Part shown: positions 1-10,436 of the stretch, one piece after another | Numbering within the stretch: position 1 is the first letter of the stretch | Layout of the letters: each line of letters opens with the position of its first letter | Assembly (NCBI GenBank): GCA_026414305.1 | Contig: JAOAJH010000005.1 | Location: 1,612 to 65,611, forward strand | Direction of reading: 5' to 3' | From: Candidatus Aenigmatarchaeota archaeon | Lineage (GTDB): Archaea > Aenigmatarchaeota > Aenigmatarchaeia > CG10238-14 | DNA length: 64,000 bases | Program-made: the position numbers and the translations under genes | Notes under the pieces: generated by a model | Seen by the model: the letters and a program-made list of their open reading frames with translations, nothing else | The model's database searches: none | What the model was told of the DNA's origin: nothing

Positions 1-471
1 ATGAGAGCATTTTATTTGGCATTGACAGTTTTGTTCTTGAATGTTGTTTTTGCTGCAGACTTTGAATTGTGGGCTCAAAGAGGCGGCCTTTTTACAATAG
101 GTGAAAATCAAATAATCAAAGTTTATGTTCTAAACAAGGATTCAAGCCAAAGGGATTATACTATAACATATTCAAAATCAGCAACATACAATACAAATGA
201 TGTTTCGCATCTACTAATTGTCTCATTTCCTTCCAACAGAATTGATGATGTAAAACCAAGCGAAACAAAATCAACAGAGCTGACAGTTCTTATAGCAGCG
301 CCAATAAGCCAGGGTAGCATAACTTTCACAGGAACAGACGACACAGGAACTGTAAGACAGTACACCATCACAGACATAAGAGCAAGTTATCCCCAAAATC
401 TGCCAGAATTTCACATTATATTTCTTTTGCTGTTGTTTATCCTAGCAAGCTGGAAAATTTTAAAAATGTGA
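1..471 (+). CDS. Secreted protein with PEF-CTERM-like C-terminal sorting signal; may be N-terminally truncated by the window edge
   Basis: Hydrophobic N-terminal signal. The protein ends PEF(403-411)-HIIFLLLLFILASW-KILKM, i.e. a PEF tripeptide, a TM helix and a basic tail, as in PEF-CTERM archaeosortase substrates. Stop is TGA. Confidence 0.55.
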   Translation: MRAFYLALTVLFLNVVFAADFELWAQRGGLFTIGENQIIKVYVLNKDSSQRDYTITYSKSATYNTNDVSHLLIVSFPSNRIDDVKPSETKSTELTVLIAAPISQGSITFTGTDDTGTVRQYTITDIRASYPQNLPEFHIIFLLLLFILASWKILKM

Positions 472-487
472 CTTTACTATTTTAATC

Positions 488-1270
488 ATGAAATATTTTA
501 CATTGTTTATTTTTCTTCTCATACCTTCGGCAATGGCGGGTTATATATCAATTACAACATTTGTTGATGTTGATTTTGTAAGAGATAACAATGCTAGCAT
601 TAATGTTACAATAAAAAACTCTGGCACAGATGAAGCAAGAAATGTAAAAGTAAGTTTGATATCAGATCAATTTAAAATGAGCATCGAAGATATTGGAACA
701 ATATACCCAAATTCAGAAAAATCATTAAGATCAACCGTGTTTGTTGAAAACATTAAAAAAGGGTCTTACATAGCAGCTGTCAAAGTTGAATACAGCGACC
801 AATCAGGCAAAAAGTTTTCAGCGATTACCCCTGTAACTATAGTCTACAAGGAGCCTTCTCTAAGTAGAGTCATCATAGACATTGAAAAAATCAAAATAGA
901 AGAGCAATCTTCATCTTCAGCAAAGGTAAAAATAAAAAACAATGATTTTTATGAGAAAAACATAAACGTTAAAATTTTCCTTCCAATGGAATTTTCTGTT
1001 TATCCTTTGGAAATAAACGAAAATATCCAGCCAGGCAAAGAAACGACAAAAAAGTTTTTAATAAGAAACATGGAAGGAATTGATGGAAGCGAGTACGCTA
1101 TTTTTGCAGCGGTTAATTATGATGATGAAAACTATCATTATTCTCAATATAAAATCAGCACTTTGGAAGTTGTTTCCAAAAAAGCTATAAACTTGCCAAT
1201 TTTGATGGCCATATTCCTTTTATTATTAACTTTAACAATATCATATTTATCAAAAAAGAAAAAGAAATGA
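488..1270 (+). CDS. Secreted protein with two CARDB/DUF11-like beta-sandwich repeats and a C-terminal TM anchor plus poly-Lys tail
   Basis: Signal peptide MKYFTLFIFLLIPSAMA. Two CARDB-like repeats: NASINVTIKNSGTDEARNVKVSLIS and SSAKVKIKNNDFYEKNINVKIFL. C-terminus LPILMAIFLLLLTLTISYLSKKKKK. Confidence 0.5.
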   Translation: MKYFTLFIFLLIPSAMAGYISITTFVDVDFVRDNNASINVTIKNSGTDEARNVKVSLISDQFKMSIEDIGTIYPNSEKSLRSTVFVENIKKGSYIAAVKVEYSDQSGKKFSAITPVTIVYKEPSLSRVIIDIEKIKIEEQSSSSAKVKIKNNDFYEKNINVKIFLPMEFSVYPLEINENIQPGKETTKKFLIRNMEGIDGSEYAIFAAVNYDDENYHYSQYKISTLEVVSKKAINLPILMAIFLLLLTLTISYLSKKKKK

Positions 1271-1656
1271 TAGAAATGAAAAAAGGTGGAAAAATGATAG
1301 TGTTGGTTTGGATTGGATTATGCGTAATGCTAGCAGTTATAGGACAGCTATTCATGAAGCTAGGCACAAAGGAAGTGGGTGGCATAACAATAAAAAAGCT
1401 TGCCTCTACAGAGATATTTTCTCTGCTTTTTAACAGATACATATTTTTAGGCATGATCGCATACTTTTCTGGCTGGCTTTTGTGGCTTGTAGTGCTATCT
1501 CAGGCAGAATTAAGCTATGCATATCCATTTTTTGCATTAAGCTATGCAATAATTGCAATAATATCTTGGTTGTTTTTGAAAGAAACAATGACTTTGGTAA
1601 AGGCTTCAGGAATATTGCTTATAATGGTCGGCGCTATACTGCTAAACTTGAAATAG
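1267..1656 (+). CDS. Small 4-TM membrane protein, SMR/EamA (ArnE/ArnF-like) fold; possible polyprenyl-phosphate-sugar flippase subunit
   Basis: 129 aa with four predicted TM helices. It sits directly upstream of, and is coupled to, GT-C-like genes. The functional link is inference from context. Confidence 0.45.
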   Translation: MIEMKKGGKMIVLVWIGLCVMLAVIGQLFMKLGTKEVGGITIKKLASTEIFSLLFNRYIFLGMIAYFSGWLLWLVVLSQAELSYAYPFFALSYAIIAIISWLFLKETMTLVKASGILLIMVGAILLNLK

Positions 1657-1663
1657 ATCTGAT

Positions 1664-3778
1664 ATGAGTTTGATAAAAAAACTGATTGAAAATAGAGAGG
1701 CAGTAATAGATTTTTCAGTATTAGCTTTGATAACTGTTTTTCTTTTTACATATTTCAAACCAGAGTTTATTTTTTCAGACACAGTCATAAGTGCAGGTGA
1801 CACTGTTGGCCATTATTATGGGGCTTATTTTATGAACAAGCATCTTATACCAAGCCTGAAATTAATAGGATGGAGCAATGACTGGTTTTTGGGCTATCCT
1901 GCATTTCAATTTTACTTTCCCGCCATATTTTTTCTTACAGGAATATTAGGCTACTTGATACCATTGAACATCGCATTTAAAATAGGCACAGTTTTAGGCA
2001 CATTTATGCTCCCTTTTTGTGTTTATTTTGCATTCAAGTTGATGAAATTCAAATTTCCTGTACCAGTGATAGCTTCAACGCTTACTCTCATAACATTATT
2101 CATAGAAAGGGTAGATGAAAACCAAATATATTCTATGTGGGGAGGCAATATACCAAGCACGCTTGCAGGTGAATTTTCATATAGCTTTGCGCTTGCCCTG
2201 TCAATGATTTTTATTGGAACTTTTTATAAAGGCATAAAAACAAAAAAACTTTTGATATTAAACTCGATACTTTTCACAGTAATAATGCTATCCCATTTCT
2301 TTTTTGCAATTTTTGCAGCAATATCAACATTTTTCCACATTTTTGGAATTAAAAAATTCAAACAAAACATTAACTATTGCTTGAAGTTTTATTTTCTTTC
2401 ATTTTTACTCTCATCGTTTTGGCTTTTACCAATGCTACTAAAGGTTTACTACACATCATCCCACGTTTGGTATCCTCCCTCATCAATAAAAGAATACATT
2501 AATATGATTATACCAAAGCCTCTTGTGCCATTTTACATTCTTTCTCTAATTTCTGCAATAATAACTATTGCTAAAAGGGAAAATGAGAACATGATCTTTG
2601 CATTCACTGCAGTTTCATCTCTCTTGCTATTCACAATATCCCCAATTTTAAATAAAGTCGGCTTTCATGGTTTTGATCATTTGCAGCTGATAAAGTTTCT
2701 CCCAATGCTTTATATTTCAATTATCCTTAACATACCTGTTGCTTTTTCATATTTGAAATGGAAAAATTATCTGCTTGTTTTACCTGCCATAGCATTGATT
2801 GCATGCTTCTTATGGGTAGAAAGCCATTCAACCTACATAGACTATTGGATATTTTGGAATTATAGTGGATATGAGGACAAGAGTTTGGGAAAAGAATACT
2901 ACAAAGTAAACGAATTTTTAAAGGGTTTGCCATATGGCAGGGTTGCATACGAGTATGATCCAAAGAAATACGAGTCAACTTTGGGCAGTTCTAGGGCGAC
3001 TGAAACAATACCCATTTTCTCAGGAAAGCCAATAACAGAAGGCACTCATTTTCAGTCATCATTCAACGCACCATATATTTATAGCGCACACTGCGAGTAT
3101 TCTATGGCTTGCTCGTGTGTTTTCGGTCACATGGCAGGTAGATGCCCCTCTTTCAATTTTGATATGGGCGTCGAGCATATGAAGATGTTTGGGGTAAGAT
3201 ACTTTTTTGCGTCTTCAGATAACATAAAAAATATTCTAAGGCAAAGAGATGATTTCCAGCTTCTTTACGGCCCATCTGAATTTGAAATATGGGAATTGAA
3301 ATATGATTATAGCATAATCCAAATACCTGAATATGAGCCAGTTGCCGTCAATTCAAATGATTGGAGAAAAATTTCATATGAATGGTTTTTCAACAAAGAT
3401 AAGATGAAAATACCGCTTATATGGACAAACGAAAATGTCGGGTACAAATCTTATTATGATCCAAACATATATGTAATAGATTCTGTAAAGACAGACTATG
3501 AATGCAGAATTGAAAATGTTGTTGTTGAAAACGAGAAAATAGAGTTTGATACTGATTGCATCGGAAAGCCTCACATAATCAAGGTTTCTTATTTCCCAAA
3601 CTGGAAGGTAAAAGGTGCTGAAAAAATATACATGGTTTCACCTGCATTTATGCTCGTCTATCCAACAGAGAACCATGTAAAGCTTTATTATGGAATGACA
3701 TTTATTGATACAATAGGAATTATATTTAGCTTTATGGGAATATTAATAATATTATTTTCAAAGAGGTTTGGTTTATGA
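1664..3778 (+). CDS. Large polytopic membrane protein of about 12 TM with a ~300-aa C-terminal soluble domain; GT-C-fold glycosyltransferase-like (STT3/YfhO/DUF2079-like architecture, not a canonical AglB)
   Basis: Topology from hydrophobicity. No WWDYG motif was found, so AglB is not called. The TGA stop overlaps the ATG of the next gene (ATGA). Confidence 0.45.
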   Translation: MSLIKKLIENREAVIDFSVLALITVFLFTYFKPEFIFSDTVISAGDTVGHYYGAYFMNKHLIPSLKLIGWSNDWFLGYPAFQFYFPAIFFLTGILGYLIPLNIAFKIGTVLGTFMLPFCVYFAFKLMKFKFPVPVIASTLTLITLFIERVDENQIYSMWGGNIPSTLAGEFSYSFALALSMIFIGTFYKGIKTKKLLILNSILFTVIMLSHFFFAIFAAISTFFHIFGIKKFKQNINYCLKFYFLSFLLSSFWLLPMLLKVYYTSSHVWYPPSSIKEYINMIIPKPLVPFYILSLISAIITIAKRENENMIFAFTAVSSLLLFTISPILNKVGFHGFDHLQLIKFLPMLYISIILNIPVAFSYLKWKNYLLVLPAIALIACFLWVESHSTYIDYWIFWNYSGYEDKSLGKEYYKVNEFLKGLPYGRVAYEYDPKKYESTLGSSRATETIPIFSGKPITEGTHFQSSFNAPYIYSAHCEYSMACSCVFGHMAGRCPSFNFDMGVEHMKMFGVRYFFASSDNIKNILRQRDDFQLLYGPSEFEIWELKYDYSIIQIPEYEPVAVNSNDWRKISYEWFFNKDKMKIPLIWTNENVGYKSYYDPNIYVIDSVKTDYECRIENVVVENEKIEFDTDCIGKPHIIKVSYFPNWKVKGAEKIYMVSPAFMLVYPTENHVKLYYGMTFIDTIGIIFSFMGILIILFSKRFGL

Positions 3779-4827
3779 AAAAGCTGTTTGTCTTTACTTT
3801 TATTTTCATAGTTTTCTTGACAGCTTTGCTAAGATTATACAACCTTGACAACAGGCCGGCTCATTTCGACGAAGGTGGCGGACACGCAATTGGTGTGAGA
3901 ACTCTTATAAATGAAGGTAGATACATTTATGACCCTGACTTTCATGGTCCATTCCTTTATCACATAACTGCTTTAGCATTTATTCTGTTTGGAATGTCTG
4001 ACATAACTTTGAGAGTAACTCAAGCAATATTTGGAATATTAACTGTTGGAATACTTTGGCTTTTAAAAGATCATTTGAAAAAAGATGCATTAATAGCAGC
4101 AGCACTCTTATTGGCAATATCACCCTCGCTTGTCTATTACTCAAGATTTGCAGTCCATGACTCGTATTTTGTTTTCTTTTCAATAGCATTTATAGTGTTT
4201 TTGTTTTTGTATTCAAAAGAAAGAAAAGAAAAATACCTTTATCTAACATCAGCATCCCTAGCATTCTTGTTTACCGTAAAAGAAAATGCATATATTTTTC
4301 TAGCTGTTGTTGGCTTTTGTTTTTTTGTTGAATTTGTAATTGAGAGTATAAGAATAAAAGGAAAATTTTCTAAAAAGATAGCTAAAAACCCATATACTGC
4401 TTGGATAAGACATAATACAAAGCAGCTGGCAATAAGTTTTGTTATTTTTATTGTTATATTTGCTACCATATACACATCATTCTTTAGATATCCACAAAAT
4501 TTCATAATAGCCATTTCAGAACCTTTTAATCATTGGTTGAAAAAATCAACCGAACAAAGCGGTTTTGTTCAACCAGTTGAATTTTATTTCCGAATACTCA
4601 GAGAATATGATACAGCCATATTATTTTTTGGCTTACTTGGAATTATAACACCATTTTTTGCAAACAATAGCTACACTAGATTTGCGTCGATATTTGGATT
4701 TTTGAATTTGATCATATATTTGTTAATGCCTTATAAAGAACCGAACAATATTGTTCATGCTGTGTTACCTTTGGCTATAGCATCTCTTTCATTTTTTGAG
4801 CAGTTGAAAAAGAATATAAAAAAATAG
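3775..4827 (+). CDS. TIGR03663-like / PMT(GT39)-like GT-C membrane protein, membrane portion
   Basis: Loop-1 motif HFDEGGGH resembles the FDE(v)HFG motif of protein O-mannosyltransferases. Multiple TM helices. It ends at an in-frame TAG (4825-4827) and the same frame continues into the 4840-5715 ORF. Confidence 0.5.
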   Translation: MKKLFVFTFIFIVFLTALLRLYNLDNRPAHFDEGGGHAIGVRTLINEGRYIYDPDFHGPFLYHITALAFILFGMSDITLRVTQAIFGILTVGILWLLKDHLKKDALIAAALLLAISPSLVYYSRFAVHDSYFVFFSIAFIVFLFLYSKERKEKYLYLTSASLAFLFTVKENAYIFLAVVGFCFFVEFVIESIRIKGKFSKKIAKNPYTAWIRHNTKQLAISFVIFIVIFATIYTSFFRYPQNFIIAISEPFNHWLKKSTEQSGFVQPVEFYFRILREYDTAILFFGLLGIITPFFANNSYTRFASIFGFLNLIIYLLMPYKEPNNIVHAVLPLAIASLSFFEQLKKNIKK

Positions 4828-4839
4828 TTTAGGGGGATT

Positions 4840-5715
4840 TTGGTTTGGTTGTCATGTGATAGCATTTACATGACTTGGCAAACAAGTTTTGTCAGATATT
4901 CTGATGAAAATAATTATCTTGTTTATGTTCAAACTGTTGATGATATAAAGCCTATGCTTAAATTAATTGACAAAATCACAAGTGAAAGAGGAAGAGACAT
5001 ACCTATATTGGTAAACATACCTGAAACAGAATATCCTCTTTCATGGTATTTCAGAGATTATAGCAATGTCAAATACACCTCAGAAAATATTGAAACGCCC
5101 ATTGGGTGGAAAAATATAAGATGGTCTGGGGATGGAAAAATAATATGGGATGAAAGGGAATATAAAAGCGGGAAGAAAAGCGGGAAAATAGATGGCGGCA
5201 ATGGCACTGACGGGGAGTGGAGGCAAAAAATATCTGTGCAAGGCGGGAGATATTATACAATATCAGGTTGGATAAAAACATCAGATTTGCAGCCTATAAC
5301 TGCTGCTAAGTTTGCTCAACTTTACATAAGAACCGATAGAAATGACGAACCTGACATAATAATAGCTGAAACAGAAAGCCTTACAGGAACAAACAACTGG
5401 ACTTTTGTCCAAAAAAGGTTTTATGTTGATCAAAATGTTAATTTTTTGTGGCTTACTATGCCTATAGGAAATTGGGGTCAAACAAAAGGTCAGGTATGGT
5501 TTGATGACATTGAATTAAGAGCAGAAGGTGACTTTCTCAATCTGATTGAAAATCCAGGATTTGAAGACGGTAAAAAGATATCAGACATAAAAGATTATGA
5601 AATAATGATAATTTCTGAAAGCAATGGTCTGAGCTTCAGCAATTTGGACGGCTATACTTTGAGTAGATATGTTCTAAGACCTGGAGTGAATCTTGTAGTT
5701 TACATAAAAAATTAA
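4840..5715 (+). CDS. Extracytoplasmic domain with CBM4/9-like carbohydrate-binding beta-sandwich; probably the C-terminal part of the upstream GT-C protein
   Basis: Same reading frame as 3775-4827, separated only by TAG plus 4 codons. The track uses a TTG start. Motifs YTISGWIKTSD...VWFDDIELR are typical of CBM_4_9-like domains. Confidence 0.4.
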   Translation: MVWLSCDSIYMTWQTSFVRYSDENNYLVYVQTVDDIKPMLKLIDKITSERGRDIPILVNIPETEYPLSWYFRDYSNVKYTSENIETPIGWKNIRWSGDGKIIWDEREYKSGKKSGKIDGGNGTDGEWRQKISVQGGRYYTISGWIKTSDLQPITAAKFAQLYIRTDRNDEPDIIIAETESLTGTNNWTFVQKRFYVDQNVNFLWLTMPIGNWGQTKGQVWFDDIELRAEGDFLNLIENPGFEDGKKISDIKDYEIMIISESNGLSFSNLDGYTLSRYVLRPGVNLVVYIKN

Positions 5716-7997
5716 CCTAAAAACTTGTATATTATTACCCCATTGTCATAAATTTTAACAAAATTATTTTTATCTAATTCAAACTTTTCTAACCCTTCGT
5801 ACAAGTAATTGTCCTTTTCCATTTTGCCTATATATATAAAATCAACATTATTTTCTTTTAATAAATAAATTGATTCATTTATGTCTGTTGTGTTGTATAT
5901 GAGATTAACCTTTTCGGCAATTTTATTGGCGTTTTTTAATGTGACTTGTTCCGCATGACATAACCATTCAACTAACGCACTTAAACCTGTAAAGGTAGAA
6001 GGTCTTGGATAAAATTCATAAGATATTCCAGGATATTCAAGTATTACATGTTTACCTTTGATGTTTTTATTTATCCATACTATTGCATTATATTCCTCAG
6101 GGTAATTTTGTTTTATAAATTCCATTGAATCAATAGTTAAATAATTCCTACCATAATTTGGTTTAAATAGTCCAGTTTCTGTTATTGAAGTCAAAACTAT
6201 ATACATTATTGATGAAGATAGAAAAATAAAAAATATCGATAGAAATATCATAAATTTAGTCTTTTTCATTCTATCTTTAAAGTAAAATAATATCAAAATT
6301 GTTGCAATATTCCAAAAAATCCATACGCTTTGATGCAATTTAAAGACAAAAACATATCTACCATATATATTAAACAATTCAAATATCCAAATCACAACCG
6401 TACCAAATAATATAGATATTATCAAAAATAACTCCTTATTATCTTCATAAATTTTAAAAATTATATAAAAAATACTCAAAATTGTAAAAGGTACTAAGAC
6501 TATTATAATTTGAAAGTCATAAACCACAGATTTTATACTTAACCAGTTAACATTTATTGGCATGTCAAATCTTTTTGGATCTTGAAAATAACTTAAAATA
6601 ACATTTAAGAACAATATAAAGTATGAAATCATTAAAATGATGAAAAACATTTTTAACTTTTTTGAAACTAAATTGTTAAAAATCTTGTATATAAAATAAG
6701 AATATATCATAAGCATCTGTAGCCCATAAAGAACAAAAAAATTAAATAAACTTGTCTTTAAATTTTCAAAAACCAATCCTGATCTGCTATGATTTAATTC
6801 CATCAAATTTTTTATGGGTTCAAAATAAATAACTAAACTAAGAAAAACTATAATTAAAAATGATATTATTAAATAAAATAAAAATTTTATGTTAATTTTA
6901 CCCTCATAATATATTGAAAATAGACATATACCTAAAAAAATAACATAAATTGGATAATTCCATATAAACTGTGGAAATAGATAACCCAATGATATTGATA
7001 TGATCAATATCTTAACTAATATTTCTTTTAAATTTGAACCAAAAACTCCAAATCCTGAAGAATTAGAATTTAAAATATCAAATATCAAATGGACAAAAAC
7101 AAAAATAAATGAATAAGAAACAAAATGTGCATGTAAATCACCCCATAACAAACTAAACCAGGGAAATTCAGTTATAGTCCACGGTATAACCCTTGTTGAC
7201 CACCAGAACAATTGTCCATCATACAAAAATCTTGAAAAAAAGTTTCCATGATTTGAAACTCTATGTTCTGTTATATTAAATTGAATTTCAGGGTTTATAG
7301 AACTTATTAAATGAAATATTGGTAATAGACTAGATCCAAATGTTATGAGAAACATACATAAAAAAGCTACTTTGTAATTTTTTGTTAAATTAAAACCTAT
7401 AGAAAACGATGAAATTCCTACTAATGCAAAGGCTGTTGCCAAAGATAGGATATAGCCTTTTGATGTTTCTATACCTGAAAGTTTTATTATAATCGCATAG
7501 GAAAAATGGCCAAAGTAATAATATACATTTTCTAGATTTATTCCTGACATCCATGGATATTCTGGAGGTAGTTTTTCTGATCTAATCATACTCTGAATAT
7601 ATGCAAAATCCATTGGACCTTCCCCATGATCCAAATCAGGTCTAAAAGATTTGAAAAATAAAGCTAAAAGAAACAAAGACAAGAATATAATTTCAGAAAT
7701 TATAATATGTTTTAAAAAGTCTTGTTTTTTTATTTCAACTTGATTGAATAAATTTTTTAAATTCAATATATACAAAAAAAGTAAAAAAAACAATGAAATT
7801 AAAATTGTATTTAAACTAAAATTTAAGCCTATTATCCTTGTCAAAAAATAAACAATAAAAGATGCTATCAAAAATGAAAAAGCTTTGTTAATTGAATATC
7901 CCCTATCATGCAAGTTTTTGAATACACCAAAGCATATAGGTAGAGTAACTAAATTAATTAATTGAAATATAAAATACCATAAAAATATTTCAAACAT
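5712..7997 (-). CDS. Chlor_Arch_YYY (DUF2298/TIGR03662-like) polytopic GT-C-like membrane protein
   Basis: 761 aa, highly hydrophobic. It carries YYYFGHF, the YYYxG signature of the family, and is paralogous to 10433-12496 (PPEYPWMSGINLENVYYYFGHF versus PPQDPWFSGHNINYYYFGHF). Confidence 0.6.
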   Translation of the reverse strand: MFEIFLWYFIFQLINLVTLPICFGVFKNLHDRGYSINKAFSFLIASFIVYFLTRIIGLNFSLNTILISLFFLLFLYILNLKNLFNQVEIKKQDFLKHIIISEIIFLSLFLLALFFKSFRPDLDHGEGPMDFAYIQSMIRSEKLPPEYPWMSGINLENVYYYFGHFSYAIIIKLSGIETSKGYILSLATAFALVGISSFSIGFNLTKNYKVAFLCMFLITFGSSLLPIFHLISSINPEIQFNITEHRVSNHGNFFSRFLYDGQLFWWSTRVIPWTITEFPWFSLLWGDLHAHFVSYSFIFVFVHLIFDILNSNSSGFGVFGSNLKEILVKILIISISLGYLFPQFIWNYPIYVIFLGICLFSIYYEGKINIKFLFYLIISFLIIVFLSLVIYFEPIKNLMELNHSRSGLVFENLKTSLFNFFVLYGLQMLMIYSYFIYKIFNNLVSKKLKMFFIILMISYFILFLNVILSYFQDPKRFDMPINVNWLSIKSVVYDFQIIIVLVPFTILSIFYIIFKIYEDNKELFLIISILFGTVVIWIFELFNIYGRYVFVFKLHQSVWIFWNIATILILFYFKDRMKKTKFMIFLSIFFIFLSSSIMYIVLTSITETGLFKPNYGRNYLTIDSMEFIKQNYPEEYNAIVWINKNIKGKHVILEYPGISYEFYPRPSTFTGLSALVEWLCHAEQVTLKNANKIAEKVNLIYNTTDINESIYLLKENNVDFIYIGKMEKDNYLYEGLEKFELDKNNFVKIYDNGVIIYKFLG

Positions 7998-8008
7998 TGA
8001 ATAAAAAT

Positions 8009-9763
8009 TTACTTTTTACTAATTAAATAATTTCCTAAAACTAAATATTTCAAACCACTCCTCTCTAATGTAGATATTGCGTCATTTGGTGTACATACTA
8101 TTGGTTCTCCATGTAAATTAAATGAGGTGTTTAATAGTGCTCCAATACCTGTCAATTCTTCAAAAGATTTGATGATTTTATAATAACTTACATTCCAATC
8201 CTTGTCAATAACTTGTGGTCTACATGTTAAATCAAACTGATGGAGTGCTGCAGATATTTCATTCTGGGCCAATTTTGTGCTATCAAACGACAATATCATA
8301 TATTCATCGTCAACCTTTTTATTTTTAATTATATAGTCACTTGTTCTTTCTCTCAAAATCACAGGTGCAAATGGCATCCAAAAGTCTCTTTGTTTTATCT
8401 GTTGATTTATTTCTCTCAACATTTTTAGATCTGAAGGATTTGCTAATATACTTCTATTACCTAAAGCCCTTGCTCCAAATTCCATTCTACCTGAGCATCT
8501 AGCTACTATACCCCCATTTTTTATTATCTTAGCAACTTTGTCTTCTATCTCATCATAAAATTCTATTTTATATTTTGTCTTGCTTAATTTTTTAATTGAA
8601 TTATCTATATCTTCATCAAAATCTGGACCTAAATATAAATCTTTTATTCCCGCAAAATCAGGTTTTATACCGTTTTCTCTGCAAACATCAATGTAGCCTA
8701 ATATAGCAGCACCTATAGCACTGCTTTCATCCCCACAAGAAGGAACTACAAAAAGGCTATTTAGATTAGATAATTCCATTATTCTTTGATTAGCTTTAAC
8801 ATTCATGAAAACGCCACCGCTTAACATAACATCTTTTATTCCATAATATTCAATGTTATTGCTTACCCATTTTGTAAGGATTTCCTCTGTTAATCTTTGA
8901 ATAGAATAAGCTATTGCATCAAATCTGTGTTTATATAAATTTTTCTTTAAAAATAATCCATAAGTGTGTGCCCACTTTCCAGTATTGTTTTTAAATTTTC
9001 TTTTATCCTTTTCATCTATTTTCACCATATTTTTAAAAAAATTCCATGTCTTTTCTGCATGTTTTTCGTCAGAATAAGGTGCCAACCCCATAACCTTGTA
9101 TTCATGTTCCCAAGGTTTAAGACCCAAATACCAAGTTACCTCATTGTACATTTTTCCAATAGAGTGAAAAAATGGTATTGCGATCTGTCTTTTTATATCA
9201 TCGTCGTTACCTATAGACACTGTTGCGCATAAACCGTCACCCTCTCCATCACAAGTAAAAATCAATGTTTTTTTTGGCTTCTCTTTGTTGAAATAATATG
9301 CAGTTGCAGAATGAACTGTGTGATGATCATAAAATATTACTTTTGTTTTTCCTAGCCCAAGCTTTTCAAAATGTTTTTTGTATTGGGAAAAATACCTTTT
9401 CAATTTTATCAATGACCTAAACCTTGAACCTATAATACATAAACTGTCAACAGTTTTTTTAGGTAATATTCCAGACATGTAGGAGAAACCTATTACTGTT
9501 AATCTACTATCGCTTTTTCTTTTGGCCAACTCATTTAAATCAATTGGGTCTATATCTTTAGAACTGAATGCTATCAAATCTATTTCTTCTGGTTTTGTTT
9601 TTGTGTATTTTAGACAATTTTTTATAGATAAAAATGGAAAATTTACAGAATTTTTTATTCTATCAAACCTTTCCTCCATAGCACTGTACACTACTTTGCC
9701 GTTCTTTATCATGCATATAGAAGACGGATGTCCATCATTTATACCTAAAACATTAATATTCAT
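8009..9763 (-). CDS. NodU/CmcH-family carbamoyltransferase
   Basis: N-terminus MNINVLGINDGHPSSICMIKNGKVVYSAMEERFDRIKNS matches the carbamoyltransferase N-terminal consensus. At 584 aa it is a typical length for the family. Confidence 0.7.
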   Translation of the reverse strand: MNINVLGINDGHPSSICMIKNGKVVYSAMEERFDRIKNSVNFPFLSIKNCLKYTKTKPEEIDLIAFSSKDIDPIDLNELAKRKSDSRLTVIGFSYMSGILPKKTVDSLCIIGSRFRSLIKLKRYFSQYKKHFEKLGLGKTKVIFYDHHTVHSATAYYFNKEKPKKTLIFTCDGEGDGLCATVSIGNDDDIKRQIAIPFFHSIGKMYNEVTWYLGLKPWEHEYKVMGLAPYSDEKHAEKTWNFFKNMVKIDEKDKRKFKNNTGKWAHTYGLFLKKNLYKHRFDAIAYSIQRLTEEILTKWVSNNIEYYGIKDVMLSGGVFMNVKANQRIMELSNLNSLFVVPSCGDESSAIGAAILGYIDVCRENGIKPDFAGIKDLYLGPDFDEDIDNSIKKLSKTKYKIEFYDEIEDKVAKIIKNGGIVARCSGRMEFGARALGNRSILANPSDLKMLREINQQIKQRDFWMPFAPVILRERTSDYIIKNKKVDDEYMILSFDSTKLAQNEISAALHQFDLTCRPQVIDKDWNVSYYKIIKSFEELTGIGALLNTSFNLHGEPIVCTPNDAISTLERSGLKYLVLGNYLISKK

Positions 9764-9767
9764 TTAT

Positions 9768-10436
9768 TCACCTCTTAAACCTTATTTTTATTAAAGATAA
9801 AAACATTTTCGGCCCATTTAAAAGATTAAAGGTTGAGTTTTTCTCATGTTTCCACACAACAGGTACTTCTTTTATTTTATAATTTTTCATTTTTGCTAAC
9901 CATAACATTTCAACATCAAATTCAAACCCCTTAGATTTCATGTTTTTAGCCAAGTATTTTGCAACGTTCCTTTTCATCGCCTTACATCCACATTGACTAT
10001 CAGAAATGTTCAAACCAAAAATAAGCCTAACTACTACTAAATTAAATATTAATGAAAATATTACTCTCATTATAGGCTGTCTTATAATTATTCTTGAATT
10101 TTTGTTTCTTCTTGTGGCTATGGACATGTCAGCATGTTCTGATTCATCAAAAACTTTTTTTATATATAAAGGGTTGATAGACTTGTCTGCGTCAACAAAT
10201 CCAATAATATCGCCAATAGCATGAAGTAAGCCTTTCTTTACTGCAAATCCTTTACCTTTGTTTTTTTTATAAGAAACTACCTTTACGCCTTTAGATAGTG
10301 CTATTTCTTTAGTTTTATCTTTTGAACCGTCATCAACAACTATTATTTCATAATTAGAAAAGCTTTTTACAAGTATATCTAAAACTTCCCCTATTCTTTT
10401 TTCCTCATTGTATGCAGGTATGATTAAACTCCTCAC
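9768..10436 (-). CDS. GT2 glycosyltransferase, dolichol/polyprenol-phosphate hexose synthase (DPM1-like)
   Basis: IPAYNEE...VVDDGSKD...DSQCGCKAMK motifs. There is a 4-nt overlap with the upstream YYY gene. Confidence 0.7.
   Translation of the reverse strand: MRSLIIPAYNEEKRIGEVLDILVKSFSNYEIIVVDDGSKDKTKEIALSKGVKVVSYKKNKGKGFAVKKGLLHAIGDIIGFVDADKSINPLYIKKVFDESEHADMSIATRRNKNSRIIIRQPIMRVIFSLIFNLVVVRLIFGLNISDSQCGCKAMKRNVAKYLAKNMKSKGFEFDVEMLWLAKMKNYKIKEVPVVWKHEKNSTFNLLNGPKMFLSLIKIRFKR

Noticed and set aside
1664-3778. Oligosaccharyltransferase AglB/STT3
   Set aside because: The architecture (about 12 TM plus a C-terminal soluble domain) fits, but no WWDYG or DK/MI motif could be found. It is left as generic GT-C-like.
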